A DNA stretch of 63,848 nucleotides, counting the filler, from Octopus bimaculoides (taxonomy: Eukaryota): the NCBI RefSeq assembly GCF_001194135.2. It is 4 parts of 4 records of this genome, joined end to end, with 100 filler letters (N's around TTAATTAATTAA, not from the genome) between each part and the next. Parts side by side here need not be neighbours in the genome. Positions count along the whole stretch, not along the records: positions 1 to 16,618 come from NC_068983.1; positions 16,719 to 46,764 come from NC_068982.1; 2 more parts are not named here. One strand, written 5' to 3'. Shown here piece after piece: positions 13,146 to 25,521 of this stretch. The notes beneath the pieces are model-generated. The model made no database searches. It was not told the origin of the DNA and was given only the letters and a program-made list of their open reading frames with translations. Numbering within the stretch: position 1 is the first letter of the stretch; each line of letters begins with the position of its first letter. The translations under genes and the position numbers were made by a program.

Positions 13146-13180
<35 letters not shown>
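12350..13180 (+). mobile_element. RTE LINE 3' end with (GAT)n tail
   Basis: Degenerate RTE C-terminus (GRLYDTCV.TAMLHGSE...EGTCGRGRLRKMWDKVVRKDFQMLGLT), followed by a 3' UTR and a gat repeat at 13107-13180. Confidence 0.85.
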
Positions 13181-13279
13181 GGATTTGTTAATTCAGAGAC
13201 ACCATTCACATGAAAAAGAATGATTTTTTTTTACATTATTTACAATTGACGGATATTTGTCCTCATCTTGTTTGTTGTT

Positions 13280-13325
13280 AACACAACGCTTCGGCTGATA
13301 CACCCTCCAGCCTTCATCAGGTGTC
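13280..13325 (-). ncRNA. Minimal type I hammerhead ribozyme motif (degenerate: A15.1>G)
   Basis: gacac-CTGATGA-a-ggctg(gagggtgtat)cagcc-GAA-gcgt-t-gtgtt. Confidence 0.7.
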
Positions 13326-13411
13326 TTGGGGAAATTTCGAATAATAATAATTATAAAAACAACATTGAAAAATACCTTAGGAATGAGAACCCAGGTTCGA
13401 AATTTCCCCAA

Positions 13412-13457
13412 GACACGTGATGAAGGCTGGAGGGTATATCAGCCGAAACGCTGTGTT
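13412..13457 (+). ncRNA. Minimal type I hammerhead ribozyme motif (degenerate: C3>G, U16.1>C)
   Basis: gacac-gTGATGA-a-ggctg(gagggtatat)cagcc-GAAA-cgc-t-gtgtt. Confidence 0.65.
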
Positions 13458-13514
13458 AACAACAAACAAGTTGAGGACAAATATCCATCAAATGTAAATA
13501 ATGTAAATAATGTG

Positions 13515-15480
13515 TATTGAAAGTGTTTTACATAGAATGTGTGTGGTGTATAGCAGTGCTATTTTCTGTATGTTATATATACTTGTTAGTCCAGGTGTTT
13601 TTGTTATGTACTTATCTGAATATTTTTTTATCATTCCTAATGTACCTACTATGATAGAAATTGTTTTTGTTTTTAGATTCTACATTCGAGTTACATCTAT
13701 TTCCAGATCTTTGCATTTTGAAAGTTTTTCCATTTCCTTCGGAGAAAGGCTGTCATCTGTTGGTATTGATACATCGATTAGAAAGCATTTTTTTGTTTGT
13801 GATCTCTGACAACAATATCCGTCCTATTGGCCTCAATTTCTCTATCCATGTTAATTGGTATATCTCATAGTATGGTTGCTTTCTCATTTTCTGTGAATTT
13901 TTCTGGCATGTACCTATACCATCTTTTTTCTGTTATTATTCCATAGTGTTGGCATAGCTTCCAGTGTATATAGATCTCAAATCTGTCGTGTCTGTGAATA
14001 TTCTCCTTCTTAGCCAGGACTGGGCAGCCAGAGACAATATGGCTTATTGATTCTTGTCCATCTCCACACATTCTGCAGTTACTTGTTGCATTTCTTTTCA
14101 TTATATGTTTTTGATAATTTCTGGTGTAGAAGCTTTGATCTTGTGCTGCAATTAAAAATCCTTCAGTCTCTGCTTTGAGTCCTGGGCTTCTCGACCATTG
14201 TTGGGATTTTGCTTTGTCTATTTCTTTTGTGTTTAGTTTAACCCATTGTTTGCCATGAAGGGGCATCATTTTATCATGATCCGTTGCTGTTCCAGTTTTA
14301 GTTTAGATTTCAGTTGTTTTATAGCTTTTGTTGTTTCATCTTTTTTTTCATAGTTGTTAGGTACTATGAATTCTTCTTTGTATTTGTCAGCTTCCTTAAA
14401 GATTGAAAACAGTTTCTTGTTTTGTTCATGTTTTGTGGCTATTTGTATTAGTTTTCCTTGCTTCCGAAGTAGGTATTTTTGTAGCCCTATCGTGGTTATT
14501 TTGTAATAGCTTTCTAACTGTATAAGGCCTCTACCACCTTCGATACGTTGTATATATAAACTTTCTATGTCAGATTTTGGGTGGTGCATCCTAAATCCTA
14601 TCGCTATTTTTCTTGTTTTCCTGGCTATGTTGATTAGTTCATTTAGATACCAGTTGTAGGATATTGTAGATGTAACTTATAACTGGGATGGCTAGAATGC
14701 TGATATCTATTATCTAGTTTTTTGCTTTGAGCTCTGTTTTCAGTATTAATTTAGCTCTTCTATAATATTCTTTTCTTATTTTCTCTTTCATTTGTGTATG
14801 TTGTATCGTATCTAGCTCATTGATTCCTAAGTATTTGCATGACTGGCTTTGGTCTAATTCTCTTATTTTATTTGCTTTATCTTGTGTGATCTTGCTACTC
14901 TTAACTAGTGTTCCTCTTTTCAAGGTTGCTTTGGCACATTTTTCTAAGCCAAATTTCATGTTTATATCTTTGGTAAATCCATGTACTGTCTGTAGTAATA
15001 TTTCCAGCTGTTTATCATTTGTAGCATACAGTTTTAGATCATTCACATATAAGAGGTGGTTAATTGTTTTGCTATAACAGTTGTATCCACATCCAGTTCT
15101 GTTTAGCATGTCAGATAAAGGTATTAGTGCTGAGCAGAAAAGGAATGGAGAGAGTGTGTCTCCTTGGAGTATTCCTTTTCTAATGAGGATGGCTTTGGTC
15201 TTTATGAGTCCCTCTTTTGTCTGGAACTGTAGCAATGTCTGCCATTTATTCATGGAATGTTTTATATGTTTTATGATTATTGGTGCTACCTTGTTCATGG
15301 CTAGTATTTCTAGGATCCATGTGTGGAGGATACTATCAAAAGCCTTCTGGTAATCGATTCAGGCCATACTTAGACCTTTTTTCTTTCTTCTTTCTTCAGT
15401 TATGGCTTTATCTTCAGTAGCTGATCTTTACAGCCATATGAGCCCTTGCAGCATCTCTTCTGCTCATCTGGAAACAGGTT
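13515..15480 (-). mobile_element. R4/Dong-clade non-LTR retrotransposon fragment (RT + CCHC + REL endonuclease)
   Basis: RT (KGILQGDTLSPFLFC, HLLYVNDLKLY, YLG), CRMC..ESISHIVSGC knuckle, RHD and NRTDIVV..IDVSIP. Frameshifted. Confidence 0.92.
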
Positions 15481-15699
15481 GTTTTCTTCCAGAAACTTGC
15501 TCATTCTCTGCAATATTATTACAGTAAAGACTTTGTAAATTATAGGGAGACAAGTTATCAGTCTGTAATTTTATGGGTTTGCCGTTTCAGTGGATTTCGG
15601 AATTAGGATAGTTTTCCCTTCCATTATTATTATTATTATTATCATTATTATTATAATTATTGATTGATTGAGAGAGCAGCACACACCATCAATGTGAGG

Positions 15700-16520
15700 T
15701 CATCATCATCATCATCATGAATACCTCATATCAAGAGAAATAGTGCACGACTTTGCAGGTGGGGTCCCAGTTAGAATATTCTTCAGGTCACATAGCCCAT
15801 CCTGCTCAAGATAGGCATGCAAGGACTTGGTCACTTTTATAATGCTGTCTTCTATTCCAACCAATCCTTTTCCATCTTCCTTCCTAGGTAGGTAAAACCT
15901 TGCTATGTTACACCTAGTATGAAGGCACTCATGCATGGCCATTATCTTCCTAGTGCTTTTTTCCATGGTAGCCAGTTCCTCTTTTTCCCTTTCCACAACT
16001 CCCATGCAGTATTCTTGATGTGGGCCAGCAGTAGCTTGATTACAACTGGGTTTGTGCTGCTGTTTCACAGGACACCTGCTGCCAGACATGACACCTTTGC
16101 AAAAAATGTCCATCTTGTAAGCATCATTAGGATTACATTTCATTTTAGACATTTCTCTCGTGAATGAGGTGTGTGTTTTATGGTTACCACCAACCAGTAG
16201 TTATATTGTGCCACCATCTCTAGACAGGTTGCCAGCCAAGACATCCAACAGATCAGTCTGTCCTTGTTGAAGCTGGTTATTCTGTGCTGGTTGCCATCTT
16301 CAATATTTACTCTTGCAGCAAACAAAGAAAGACTTATACGGTTGAATGGTTGTTGACTATAGTGAGTTGATCTTCCCTTTAACAGGTTTTACATTTTTGT
16401 CCAGCAGTGTATCCAACAAAATCCACCTCACTTATCAGGCCAAGAGCTTGTTAGGGTTGCCAGTTTTGTCACTGATGGCTCAAGCATGTAACAGTTTGTG
16501 TTGCATTACATGTTACCAGT
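15700..16520 (-). mobile_element. Second R4/Dong LINE fragment
   Basis: KSTRKIMAMHECLHTRCNIARFYLPRKEDGKGLVGIED, homologous to the thumb region at 14266-14589. Confidence 0.8.
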
Positions 16521-16618
16521 AGCAATAACACCACCACCACCATCACCATCACCATCATCATCATCATCATCACCATCACCATCACCACCACCACCACCGC
16601 CGCCGCCACCACCACCAC

Positions 16619-16718
16619 NNNNNNNNNNNNNNNNNNNNNNNNNNNNNNNNNNNNNNNNNNNNTTAATTAATTAANNNNNNNNNNNNNNNNNNNNNNNNNN
16701 NNNNNNNNNNNNNNNNNN
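16619..16718. other. Artificial assembly join (44 N + TTAATTAATTAA + 44 N)
   Basis: Exactly 100 nt; the palindromic 12-mer gives stops in all six frames. The identical construct occurs at 46765 and 56012. Confidence 0.95.
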
Positions 16719-16839
16719 TATATATATACATACATACATACATACATACACACACATATCATCAGTGGATCATATGTCCGTAAAAGTAGCATACTCTAAA
16801 AACAGAGCAGTATGCATTTACATGGAGTTAAATATACGC

Positions 16840-17114
16840 CCGGTCATAGTTTGACCAATGGTTTCGGATCTGTAAAGCGCTTAGTTTTATAGGCGACTGG
16901 TGAAACTCTAATGGCGGAGGACATGTAAACTCTCTTCAAATTGGTGGTAGAAAACCGTTACAGTCAGTTAATTTGTAAACTTGTAACTGACCGTAACGGT
17001 TTTCTACATCCAGTTTGAGGAGTGGTTATATGTCCTCCGCCATTAGAGTCTGACGAGTCGTCTATAAAGCTAAGCGCTTTCCACATGCGAAACCATTAGC
17101 CACTCTATGACCGG
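16840..17114. mobile_element. Fold-back element with paired hammerhead motifs
   Basis: Near-perfect inverted arms ccggtcatag...cagtta / taactgacc...ctatgaccgg around a spacer of about 13 nt. Confidence 0.85.
17041..17109 (+). ncRNA. Type I hammerhead motif (core intact, stem III mutated)
   Basis: cattagagt-CTGACGA-[stem II containing aaagc/gcttt]-GAAA-ccattagc-c-actctatg. The opposite arm supplies an intact ACC-att-GGT-C stem III. Confidence 0.6.
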
Positions 17115-17489
17115 AAGGAAACCCGGCTTTTTTTATATGGAGTCCGTCTACTTTCAGAATTCTGAGTCAGCTGGTTTTTTCGATGTAAGCACAAAGTCGT
17201 TCGATTCAGTAATTCTGACCTTAAATTTACAATATCGATAAATTTAAACATAGTTTTAAGTTCATGAGCTTAAATTTGAATTGTAACTCGTATAAACCAT
17301 TTATAGAACCAAATGAAATGTTGACTTATATGTACACAGGTTCCTGCCACTCATTTATAGTCTTTAACGATCTTTTCTACAATCTAAGTAGGTTGATTTC
17401 GAATTTGTTCTTAAATTAAGATGTCGTCGAGCAGACAGCTACTATAAAGGCGTCTTAAAAGGGCGAGCGCTTTTAAAAATAAGATCACG

Positions 17490-17890
17490 TTGTGTGGTAA
17501 GTAGCTTGCTTACCAACCACATGGTCACGGGTTCAGTCCCACTGCGTGGCATCTTGGGCAAGTGTCTTCTACTATAGCCTCGGGCCGACCAAAGCCTTTT
17601 GAGTGGATTTGGTAGACGGAAACTGAAAGAAGCCCGTCGTATATATGTATATATATATATATGTATGTGTGTATGTGTTTGTGTGGCTGTGTTTGTCCCC
17701 CCAACATCGCTTGACAACCGATGCTGGTGTGTTTATGTCCCCGTAACTTAGCGGTTCCGCAAAAGAGACCGATAGAATAAGTACTAGGCTTCTAAAGAAT
17801 AAGTCCTGGGTCGATTTGCTCGACTAAAGGCGGTGCTCCAGCATGGCCACAGTCAAAAGACTGAAACAAGTAAAAGAGTAAAAGAGTATA
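17490..17890 (+). mobile_element. Near full-length SINE family A with internal (TA)n(TG)n and (aaaagagt)n tail
   Basis: Pol III B-box-like ggttcagtccc, conserved body and tail. Further copies near 23590-23930, 24730-24950, 26180-26595, 33070-33220, 34290-34545, 39050-39500, 42930-43415, 43950-44655, 45850-46050, 49800-49950, 50200-50740 and 59790-59980. Confidence 0.9.
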
Positions 17891-20454
17891 TTTCCAACAC
17901 TGGACTCTCATGAAGAAATGACGTCGAAATATCATTTGGCTTATTCACTAAACGTTAAATCCAATATAACTAAAACTGTCTTAAATTTAATAATGTAAAC
18001 ACTTCCCGATTATCCATAGATATGGGAAACTAATCGCCTTAACCTTAAACTATAAGTTTATTGCTAATATGAAGAATATTATATCCTATAAATTCACCTT
18101 ATCAACTGAGACTGGTTGTTTATGTAAATAAACCAGCACATACTCGCTGAATGGGACCTCTAATGCAGAAGTCGTGATAGACGGAGTAGACAGGAACAAA
18201 TTGCACCACTCGAAAATGCAAGAGTATGATTGAAAGGAAATAGAAAAAAAAGAATTTTACAATCGCTTTTTTCACTCAGGAACATCAAAAAGCAGAATGC
18301 AACAAAATTCTATGCATCTTTGGTCATTGAAAGAAAATGCTTCAAACTATATCATTACTTGGGAAGTCTTTCAAAGATGAATCAGTCTTTAATAAAATGG
18401 CAGCTATAGATGTGACCTATGCACGGCAGGGAAAAAGACTGATCTTAAAAACTTCACTACAACTAGAATTATATTTAAATGCTAAATCTGTAGCTTTCAG
18501 AAACTGTTATCGATAGAGATTCATTTTACGGATCGGATCACAGCTGCATGGAATATGTAAATATGCAGGAATATATCAGTGAGATGTGTGCAAAAGAATA
18601 CAAATGACTGAGTCGCTTCGGCTTACTCGCATTACTAACATTCTATTAATCTACTTCCAATCTCTATTCATATAATTTTTATGTGTTTCATTTTTTTATT
18701 TTTTATTTTTCTAAAACTTCTCTTCCCTAACTTGGCGATCCCTTTAACGTTTATTGTACATACAACTATAATTATATCCATTTAAAAAATTTTCTATTTG
18801 ATTTTAAAATTACAAATATTCGCATTTTTCAAAGGTACATGAAATATTTATTTATTTTATCCGTTGCTCCTTTTACGAAATGCTGTGGTTTTAGCTAATT
18901 TTCCCAGAATGTTTCCAATGCTCCAAACGAAAATGACTAGAATTTCCGCTCCGTGTTTATCAAACACCAAAGACGGCTTTCCTGTCGTAGTTCTGAGTTC
19001 CTCGATTGATAATTGGCTTGTGGCCAGTTTTGATGAAACTGAGTCACCCAAAAATCTAGTAACAGGCATTTTTAAAACACAAACATACACATCGTTAAGC
19101 GGGGGTAGAAAGTACTTAAGGAGGCGAGTCAAACAATTGTTTTATCAACTATATAATAAAACTTAAGAATTATAGTCGTAAATGAAAAGAAAAATAATTA
19201 CTGGGAATGATAATTATGATCTAAGGCAAAAAAAAAAGGACAACAACTCAATTTTTAAGTGATTAAAAATTGAATGAAGAAAACAAGACACGTAGTTTGA
19301 AATAAACCTGAGCTTTGTTAAGCACGTGAGACAACTCTGGTCACGTTCCGATATTGTGAGAGTTCATCATTGAAGTATAACTCTACTGGTGGTACATACC
19401 AGACTTTAGGACGATTTGGCATTCACTTTGAGCAAATAAAACTAATACGAGGCGAACACGTGTCCCGAATCAAATGCAAGATTTATCAGCATCTATGTTT
19501 ATTTTCGTCGTAGGTAACCGAAACAACTACGGAATTCTACTTATCTACCTTTCTTTACGTTTGTAAGCGAATGTATATATATATATATNNNNNNNNNNNN
19601 NNNNNNNNNNNNNNNNNNNNNNNNNNNNNNNNNNNNNNNNNNNNNNNNNNNNNNNNNNNNNNNNNNNNNNNNNNNNNNNNNNNNNNNNNNNNNNNNNNNN
19701 NNNNNNNNNNNNNNNNNNNNNNNNNNNNNNNNNNNNNNNNNNNNNNNNNNNNNNNNNNNNNNNNNNNNNNNNNNNNNNNNNNNNNNNNNNNNNNNNNNNN
19801 NNNNNNNNNNNNNNNNNNNNNNNNNNNNNNNNNNNNNNNNNNNNNNNNNNNNNNNNNNNNNNNNNNNNNNNNNNNNNNNNNNNNNNNNNNNNNNNNNNNN
19901 NNNNNNNNNNNNNNNNNNNNNNNNNNNNNNNNNNNNNNNNNNNNNNNNNNNNNNNNNNNNNNNNNNNNNNNNNNNNNNNNNNNNNNNNNNNNNNNNNNNN
20001 NNNNNNNNNNNNNNNNNNNNNNNNNNNNNNNNNNNNNNNNNNNNNNNNNNNNNNNNNNNNNNNNNNNNNNNNNNNNNNNNNNNNNNNNNNNNNNNNNNNN
20101 NNNNNNNNNNNNNNNNNNNNNNNNNNNNNNNNNNNNNNNNNNNNNNNNNNNNNNNNNNNNNNNNNNNNNNNNNNNNNNNNNNNNNNNNNNNNNNNNNNNN
20201 NNNNNNNNNNNNNNNNNNNNNNNNNNNNNNNNNNNNNNNNNNNNNNNNNNNNNNNNNNNNNNNNNNNNNNNNNNNNNNNNNNNNNNNNNNNNNNNNNNNN
20301 NNNNNNNNNNNNNNNNNNNNNNNNNNNNNNNNNNNNNNNNNNNNNNNNNNNNNNNNNNNNNNNNNNNNNNNNNNNNNNNNNNNNNNNNNNNNNNNNNNNN
20401 NNNNNNNNNNNNNNNNNNNNNNNNNNNNNNNNNNNNNNNNNNNNNNNNNNNNNN

Positions 20455-21500
20455 TGAGTCGAAAGTGTCGGGGATAGAGTTTGCGATCGTGCTCACGAAG
20501 GCCCCTATCTGGTGCAGGGATGAAAAACTTCGCAAATGGTAGGTTTACATTCCCGTTGAAGATGTTGAAAGCCAGGATGAGATCTTCCCGCATTCTCCGT
20601 CGTTCGAGTGAAAGCAATGCCAGCCGTTGGAGACGTTCCACATACGTAAGCTTAGACAAGCCCGCGACCATTCGGGTAACTAAGTGTTGGACCCATTCCA
20701 GGTGCTGAATGTCTTTCTGGAGATATGGATTTGAGGCCTGGATGCAATATTCGAGGATGGGTCGTGCTAGAGTGACGTATAAAGGCCGAAAGACATCCAT
20801 GTGTTATAAGCATGATGACTGTCCACTCAAGACCGAGGAAGATCATCACTGACCATTGCCCGTGCAAAATGCCAGCAATGCCCGTGCATGTGGCTATTGT
20901 ACCCGCGGTTGGCTTTACCTGGGTTCGCAGCCGCGACTTCCATGTTCATCACTGCGCCTCACCGGCTATTGCAGAAAACTAAAAGCTTAGATCCAATAAG
21001 GGTTGTACAACACCTCACAGATCCTCTCCATTGACATAATCAAGAGACAAGCCGGGTCAAGATATCCAATGCCAATATGACTTGCAGGTCAAGGATTGTG
21101 AGATCACCAGAATCTTAAGCACAAGGGAAAATTCCTCAAAATGCCCAACGCTATTCCCTGCATATCTGGTTTTATATCAGGGTGATCTTCTCCTAGAGAC
21201 ATATTTACTCAAAAGCTAAAGGGTGCGTCACTCCCAGTGGTCTTCAGAGCACGCCGGACACCAGCCCGGAATTTCTGAGGAATTGTGTTTATGCTAGATA
21301 GTTATTGAACCTACATTAGGTTCATCCGTCCTTTTAACACGTCCTATTTTCAGTCCTGCTGGGTTTCTAGCAACCCTCCTCACCAGACAAGCCTAGTGGA
21401 GGCGCTGGTCTAGACGCCGATGACCCGATTATGCAGCTGGTTGTACTAGATTCCATGTTACCAGTAGCACTCGTGAGAGACCTCATTGGTGACCTGACAG
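20455..21500 (-). mobile_element. CR1-clade LINE fragment, internally deleted
   Basis: RPILEYCIQASNPYLQKDIQHLEWVQ..TRMVAGLSKLTYVERLQRLALLSLERRRMREDLI is the CR1 RT C-terminus; endonuclease-like remnants near 21030-21180. Confidence 0.88.
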
Positions 21501-21501
21501 G

Positions 21502-21551
<50 letters not shown>

Positions 21552-21799
21552 GAAACCTAGTTTGACGACCGCTTCTGGGTTGTTTACGTCCTTGTAACTT
21601 ATCGGTTCGGCAAAAACGACCGATAACATATATNNNNNNNNNNNNNNNNNNNNNNNNNNNNNNNNNNNNNNNNNNNNNNNNNNNNNNNNNNNNNNNNNNN
21701 NNNNNNNNNNNNNNNNNNNNNNNNNNNNNNNNNNNNNNNNNNNNNNNNNNNNNNNNNNNNNNNNNNNNNNNNNNNATATATACTAGACTTAAAAAGAAA

Positions 21800-21979
21800 T
21801 AAATTTTTTCCAAGTAAACCAGCGGCCCTCAAGCATTCTTCCGGCGGCCCTCGACGATCTTCCCTCTATAAATATATATATATATTTTCTTTAAATAACT
21901 TTTGTTCAACTTTTTTTGGGGTGCCCCCCCCCCCTAAACAGATCCAAATTTTGGATCTGGCCCAGATATTAAAAGGTTG
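21800..21979. mobile_element. hAT-type MITE remnant
   Basis: aaaggttgagaacaactg terminus (reverse complement cagttgttctcaacct) and repeated gcggccctc. Confidence 0.45.
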
Positions 21980-22557
21980 AGAACAACTGGGCTAAGCTCT
22001 ACAACACGGTACCAGAGCGTGGCCGCAGTCGAATGACGGAAAAAAGTAAAGCGCATGTATGTGTGTTTATGTGCGTGCACATATGCACACGTTGGCGCAA
22101 ACACGCTAAAACATACATCGAGTTGCATGTGTTTGCATCCCTCCGCAGCAAAACTGCTCTGATGTCGGTACATATGTTGTTTGGTCTATTTACAGCTGTG
22201 ACACCAGATGAAGTTTAACGTAGATTCGTGTTAAATAAACACGATGGAGGTGTGGGCTGTGGGGGCGGGGTTGATAAGGGGGCGCTGTATGCGTGTGTGT
22301 TACGAGGTATCACGTGGGATGTAGTAACATCGGCTTGGACACGCACCGATTGGTGGACTGACGGAATTAAGCAACTGCACACGCACACACACGCACACAC
22401 ACGCACACACACGCACACACACACACATGCACACCAACACACATACACTGACACGCACGCCCACGCCCATACAGACATCTACATACATACATACATACAT
22501 ACATAAATATATGTGTATATTCATACATATATATATATATATACAATGTGCACACAT

Positions 22558-22632
<75 letters not shown>

Positions 22633-23978
22633 NNNNNNNNNNNNNNNNNNNNNNNNNNNNNNNNNNNNNNNNNNNNNNNNNNNNNNNNNNNNNNNNNNNN
22701 NNNNNNNNNNNNNNNNNNNNNNNNNNNNNNNNNNNNNNNNNNNNNNNNNNNNNNNNNNNNNNNNNNNNNNNNNNNNNNNNNNNNNNNNNNNNNNNNNNNN
22801 NNNNNNNNNNNNNNNNNNNNNNNNNNNNNNNNNNNNNNNNNNNNNNNNNNNNNNNNNNNNNNNNNNNNNNNNNNNNNNNNNNNNNNNNNNNNNNNNNNNN
22901 NNNNNNNNNNNATATATATATATATATATATATATATAGCTATATGTATGCATATATATAGAGAAAGAGACACACACACACACAAAAAACATACTCACGC
23001 TCATATTACGTAGGCGAATTGGCGTGTTGTGCTACACATGCGCGTACACTTATATAAAGGTGAACAAGCACGTTCACATACGCACGCATGCATCTACACA
23101 CACTCACACACACACACACACACAACTCAGACACACACACACAACTCAGACACACACAAACACGCACGCACGCACACGTGCCAGCTCTTCCCTTGTACGC
23201 TTGATAAGTGATTAAACACAGACTTGCTTAAGTTTGCGTTCAAAAGTACACTCTCAGACACACACACACATACACACTAACACATAGGTGTATATACCTC
23301 TGTATGTGCGGGTGTGTGTATATACTTATATGTGGGCACCGTACACTTTATTAACACGTATATACACAGCAACACACGCACACAAACACACTAGACGTAT
23401 CGAGCGATACACGATTCCCTTGATACCTTAGAGACATCAGTTATGTTCCAATTTGAAATTTCGGCGTAAGGAAAAGTAAAAAAGGTTTATTAAAAGAGCC
23501 CTCCTTCTTCTTTGCTCTTCCCTGCAAAGGTACCTCACCCCTCCTCACTGACCACTGAATTGGGGATACGGGTTTTAATTTTTGTATTTATCTTTTTATC
23601 TTGTTTCATTCAGGCTGCGGCCATGCCGGGGCACCCACCTTGAGCAATTTCCTTTAGTCGATTGCAGTACTTTAGTTTTTTTTTATAAAGCCTGATTTTA
23701 TTTATTCTATCCGTTCCTTTTTGTTGAATTGCTATGTTAACGAACGGGAGGCGTACACACACAAACACCGATTATGAAACGCGCGCGCGACAGGCTTCTT
23801 TCAGTTTCTGTCAACCAAAGCCATTCAGAAGCCTTTTTAGTCGACTCGAGAGACGAAGGAACACGGCACGGGATTGAACCCGGAACCGTGTGATTGGGAA
23901 GCAAGCCTCTTGCCACCCAACCACACCTGTGCTCATCAATGTCAATAATAAATATATTTTTATTAATTTGGGGATTAA

Positions 23979-24608
23979 AAGGGACAGATTTACATTAGGG
24001 ATGTGTGGCTTCTCTTGAATAGAGTGGCGCGGTGTGGGGACCGCAGTAAATTTACCTGGGTACAGGTGATAAAGGGGGTTGCATTATCGTAGCTAGAGTG
24101 TGTGCTGCCCGGGGCGCGATTTTTTTTATCCCACGGGTGTTCCGACCTCAGTTATAAAACTCATTTGCATACAGCCAATCAGAGCTCAACTATCAAACTA
24201 ATTTATGAGCGCATAAACAAGAGATGGGCGATGAGATAAAGTCACTTGGGTAAGGAATGACCATGCTTCTTTTCTCTTATTTTTCCCATCCACATCTTTA
24301 CCATAAGGGGCCCTAATAAAATCCGATGATAGGTACAGATGCAAATCTATCTAATTATTTGTCTCCGACTAAAATCAGACATAAATAACTTGGCGATCGG
24401 TCGACTTACATTTTGAAAGCCAACCTGTGTTAAAACTTGACAAGGTCAACGTGAGCTCTGATTGGCTGTATGCAAATGAATTCAATACTGGGGTCCTTAA
24501 CTCTCATGGGAAAACAAAATTTCGCGCCCGGGGCCGCCCTTCCGTTTGCCGCCCCTCGGACCCCACAAAACACACATTGCCTACAACAGACCCAAAAGTG
24601 GTGCCCCT
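23979..24608. mobile_element. Kolobok/T2-type MITE with long imperfect TIRs
   Basis: TTAA|(A)AGGGAC left end and GTGCCCCT|TTAA right end; perfect 28-bp internal inverted repeat at 24161-24188 / 24452-24479. Confidence 0.65.
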
Positions 24609-25254
24609 TTAAAAGTGCCGCTATGCTGGGGTGGGGTGGTGCGGGAAATGTTAGAGGGCTCTTTTTATCTTTTACTTGTTAGCTACGCTGCTGGGGCACC
24701 ACCTAGATGGGTCAAATCAAATCGATTATTTTATTTATTACTGTTTATTTATTTTTGAAGTCTGGTACTACTTATTCGATTGATCTCTTTTGCCGAACCG
24801 CTAGGTGGGTCGTAAACAAACCAATACCGGTTGTCAAGTGGCTTGGAGAGGGGACACAGACAGGCACGAAAACACACACGCACACACACGATGGGCTTCC
24901 ACGCAGTTTCCGTCTGCCAGATCGAACTCACGACCTTGCGATCGTGAGCCGAATACCCTTATCACTAAGCCGTGTACTTTCACTACACACACACTTATAC
25001 GCGCGCGCGCGCAAACATGTGTGTGTGTGTGTGTATGCAATGTGTTATCTATAGCGTTAAACATCTCGTTACCTCATGTTTCGTATCCTAAGGGATATCT
25101 TCAGGGTATCCTTAAGGGTATCCTTAAGGTAATCATCACACAAAGACACAGAGCCAAGACTATTTATCCCCACCATTATCGAATCCAGATAAAAATTTAA
25201 ATCTGGAAATATAGTTCAGCTGATCCGCAGCCAGTAGACGTACGTGCCAGAGGG

Positions 25255-25521
25255 CGGCGCGCTGGCAGAGGCGGTGGTACGCCGGGCGAAATGCTAAGCG
25301 GTATTTCGTCTGCCGTTACGTTCTGAGTTCAAATTCCGCCGAGGTCGACTTTGCCTTTCATCCTTTCGGGGTCGATAAATTAAGTACCAGTTACGCACTG
25401 GGGTCGATGTAATCGACTTAATCCGTTCGTCTGTTCTTGTTTGTTCCCTCTATGTTTAGCCCCTTGTGGGCAATAACGAAATAGGTATTTCGTCTGCCGT
25501 TACGTTCTGAGTTCAAATTTC
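25255..25521 (+). mobile_element. SINE family C, CpG-intact copy with partial tandem repeat
   Basis: gttctgagttcaaattccgccgaggtcgactttgcctttcatcctttcggggtcgataaattaagtaccag. Confidence 0.85.

Larger units (their letters stand above)
13233..13504. mobile_element. Fold-back element made of two inverted Penelope-type pLTR units
   Basis: About 109-bp arms (13233-13341 and 13396-13504) with few mismatches, each containing a hammerhead motif. Confidence 0.85.

Noticed and set aside
13032-13223. Poly-Asp ORF
   Set aside because: It is the (GAT)n tail of an RTE element.
18857-19166. Bidirectional 91/100-aa ORFs in unique-looking sequence
   Set aside because: No motif recognised, no clear splice sites, and no match to the missing M1AP or annexin exons. 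A tblastx or HHpred search could rescue it.
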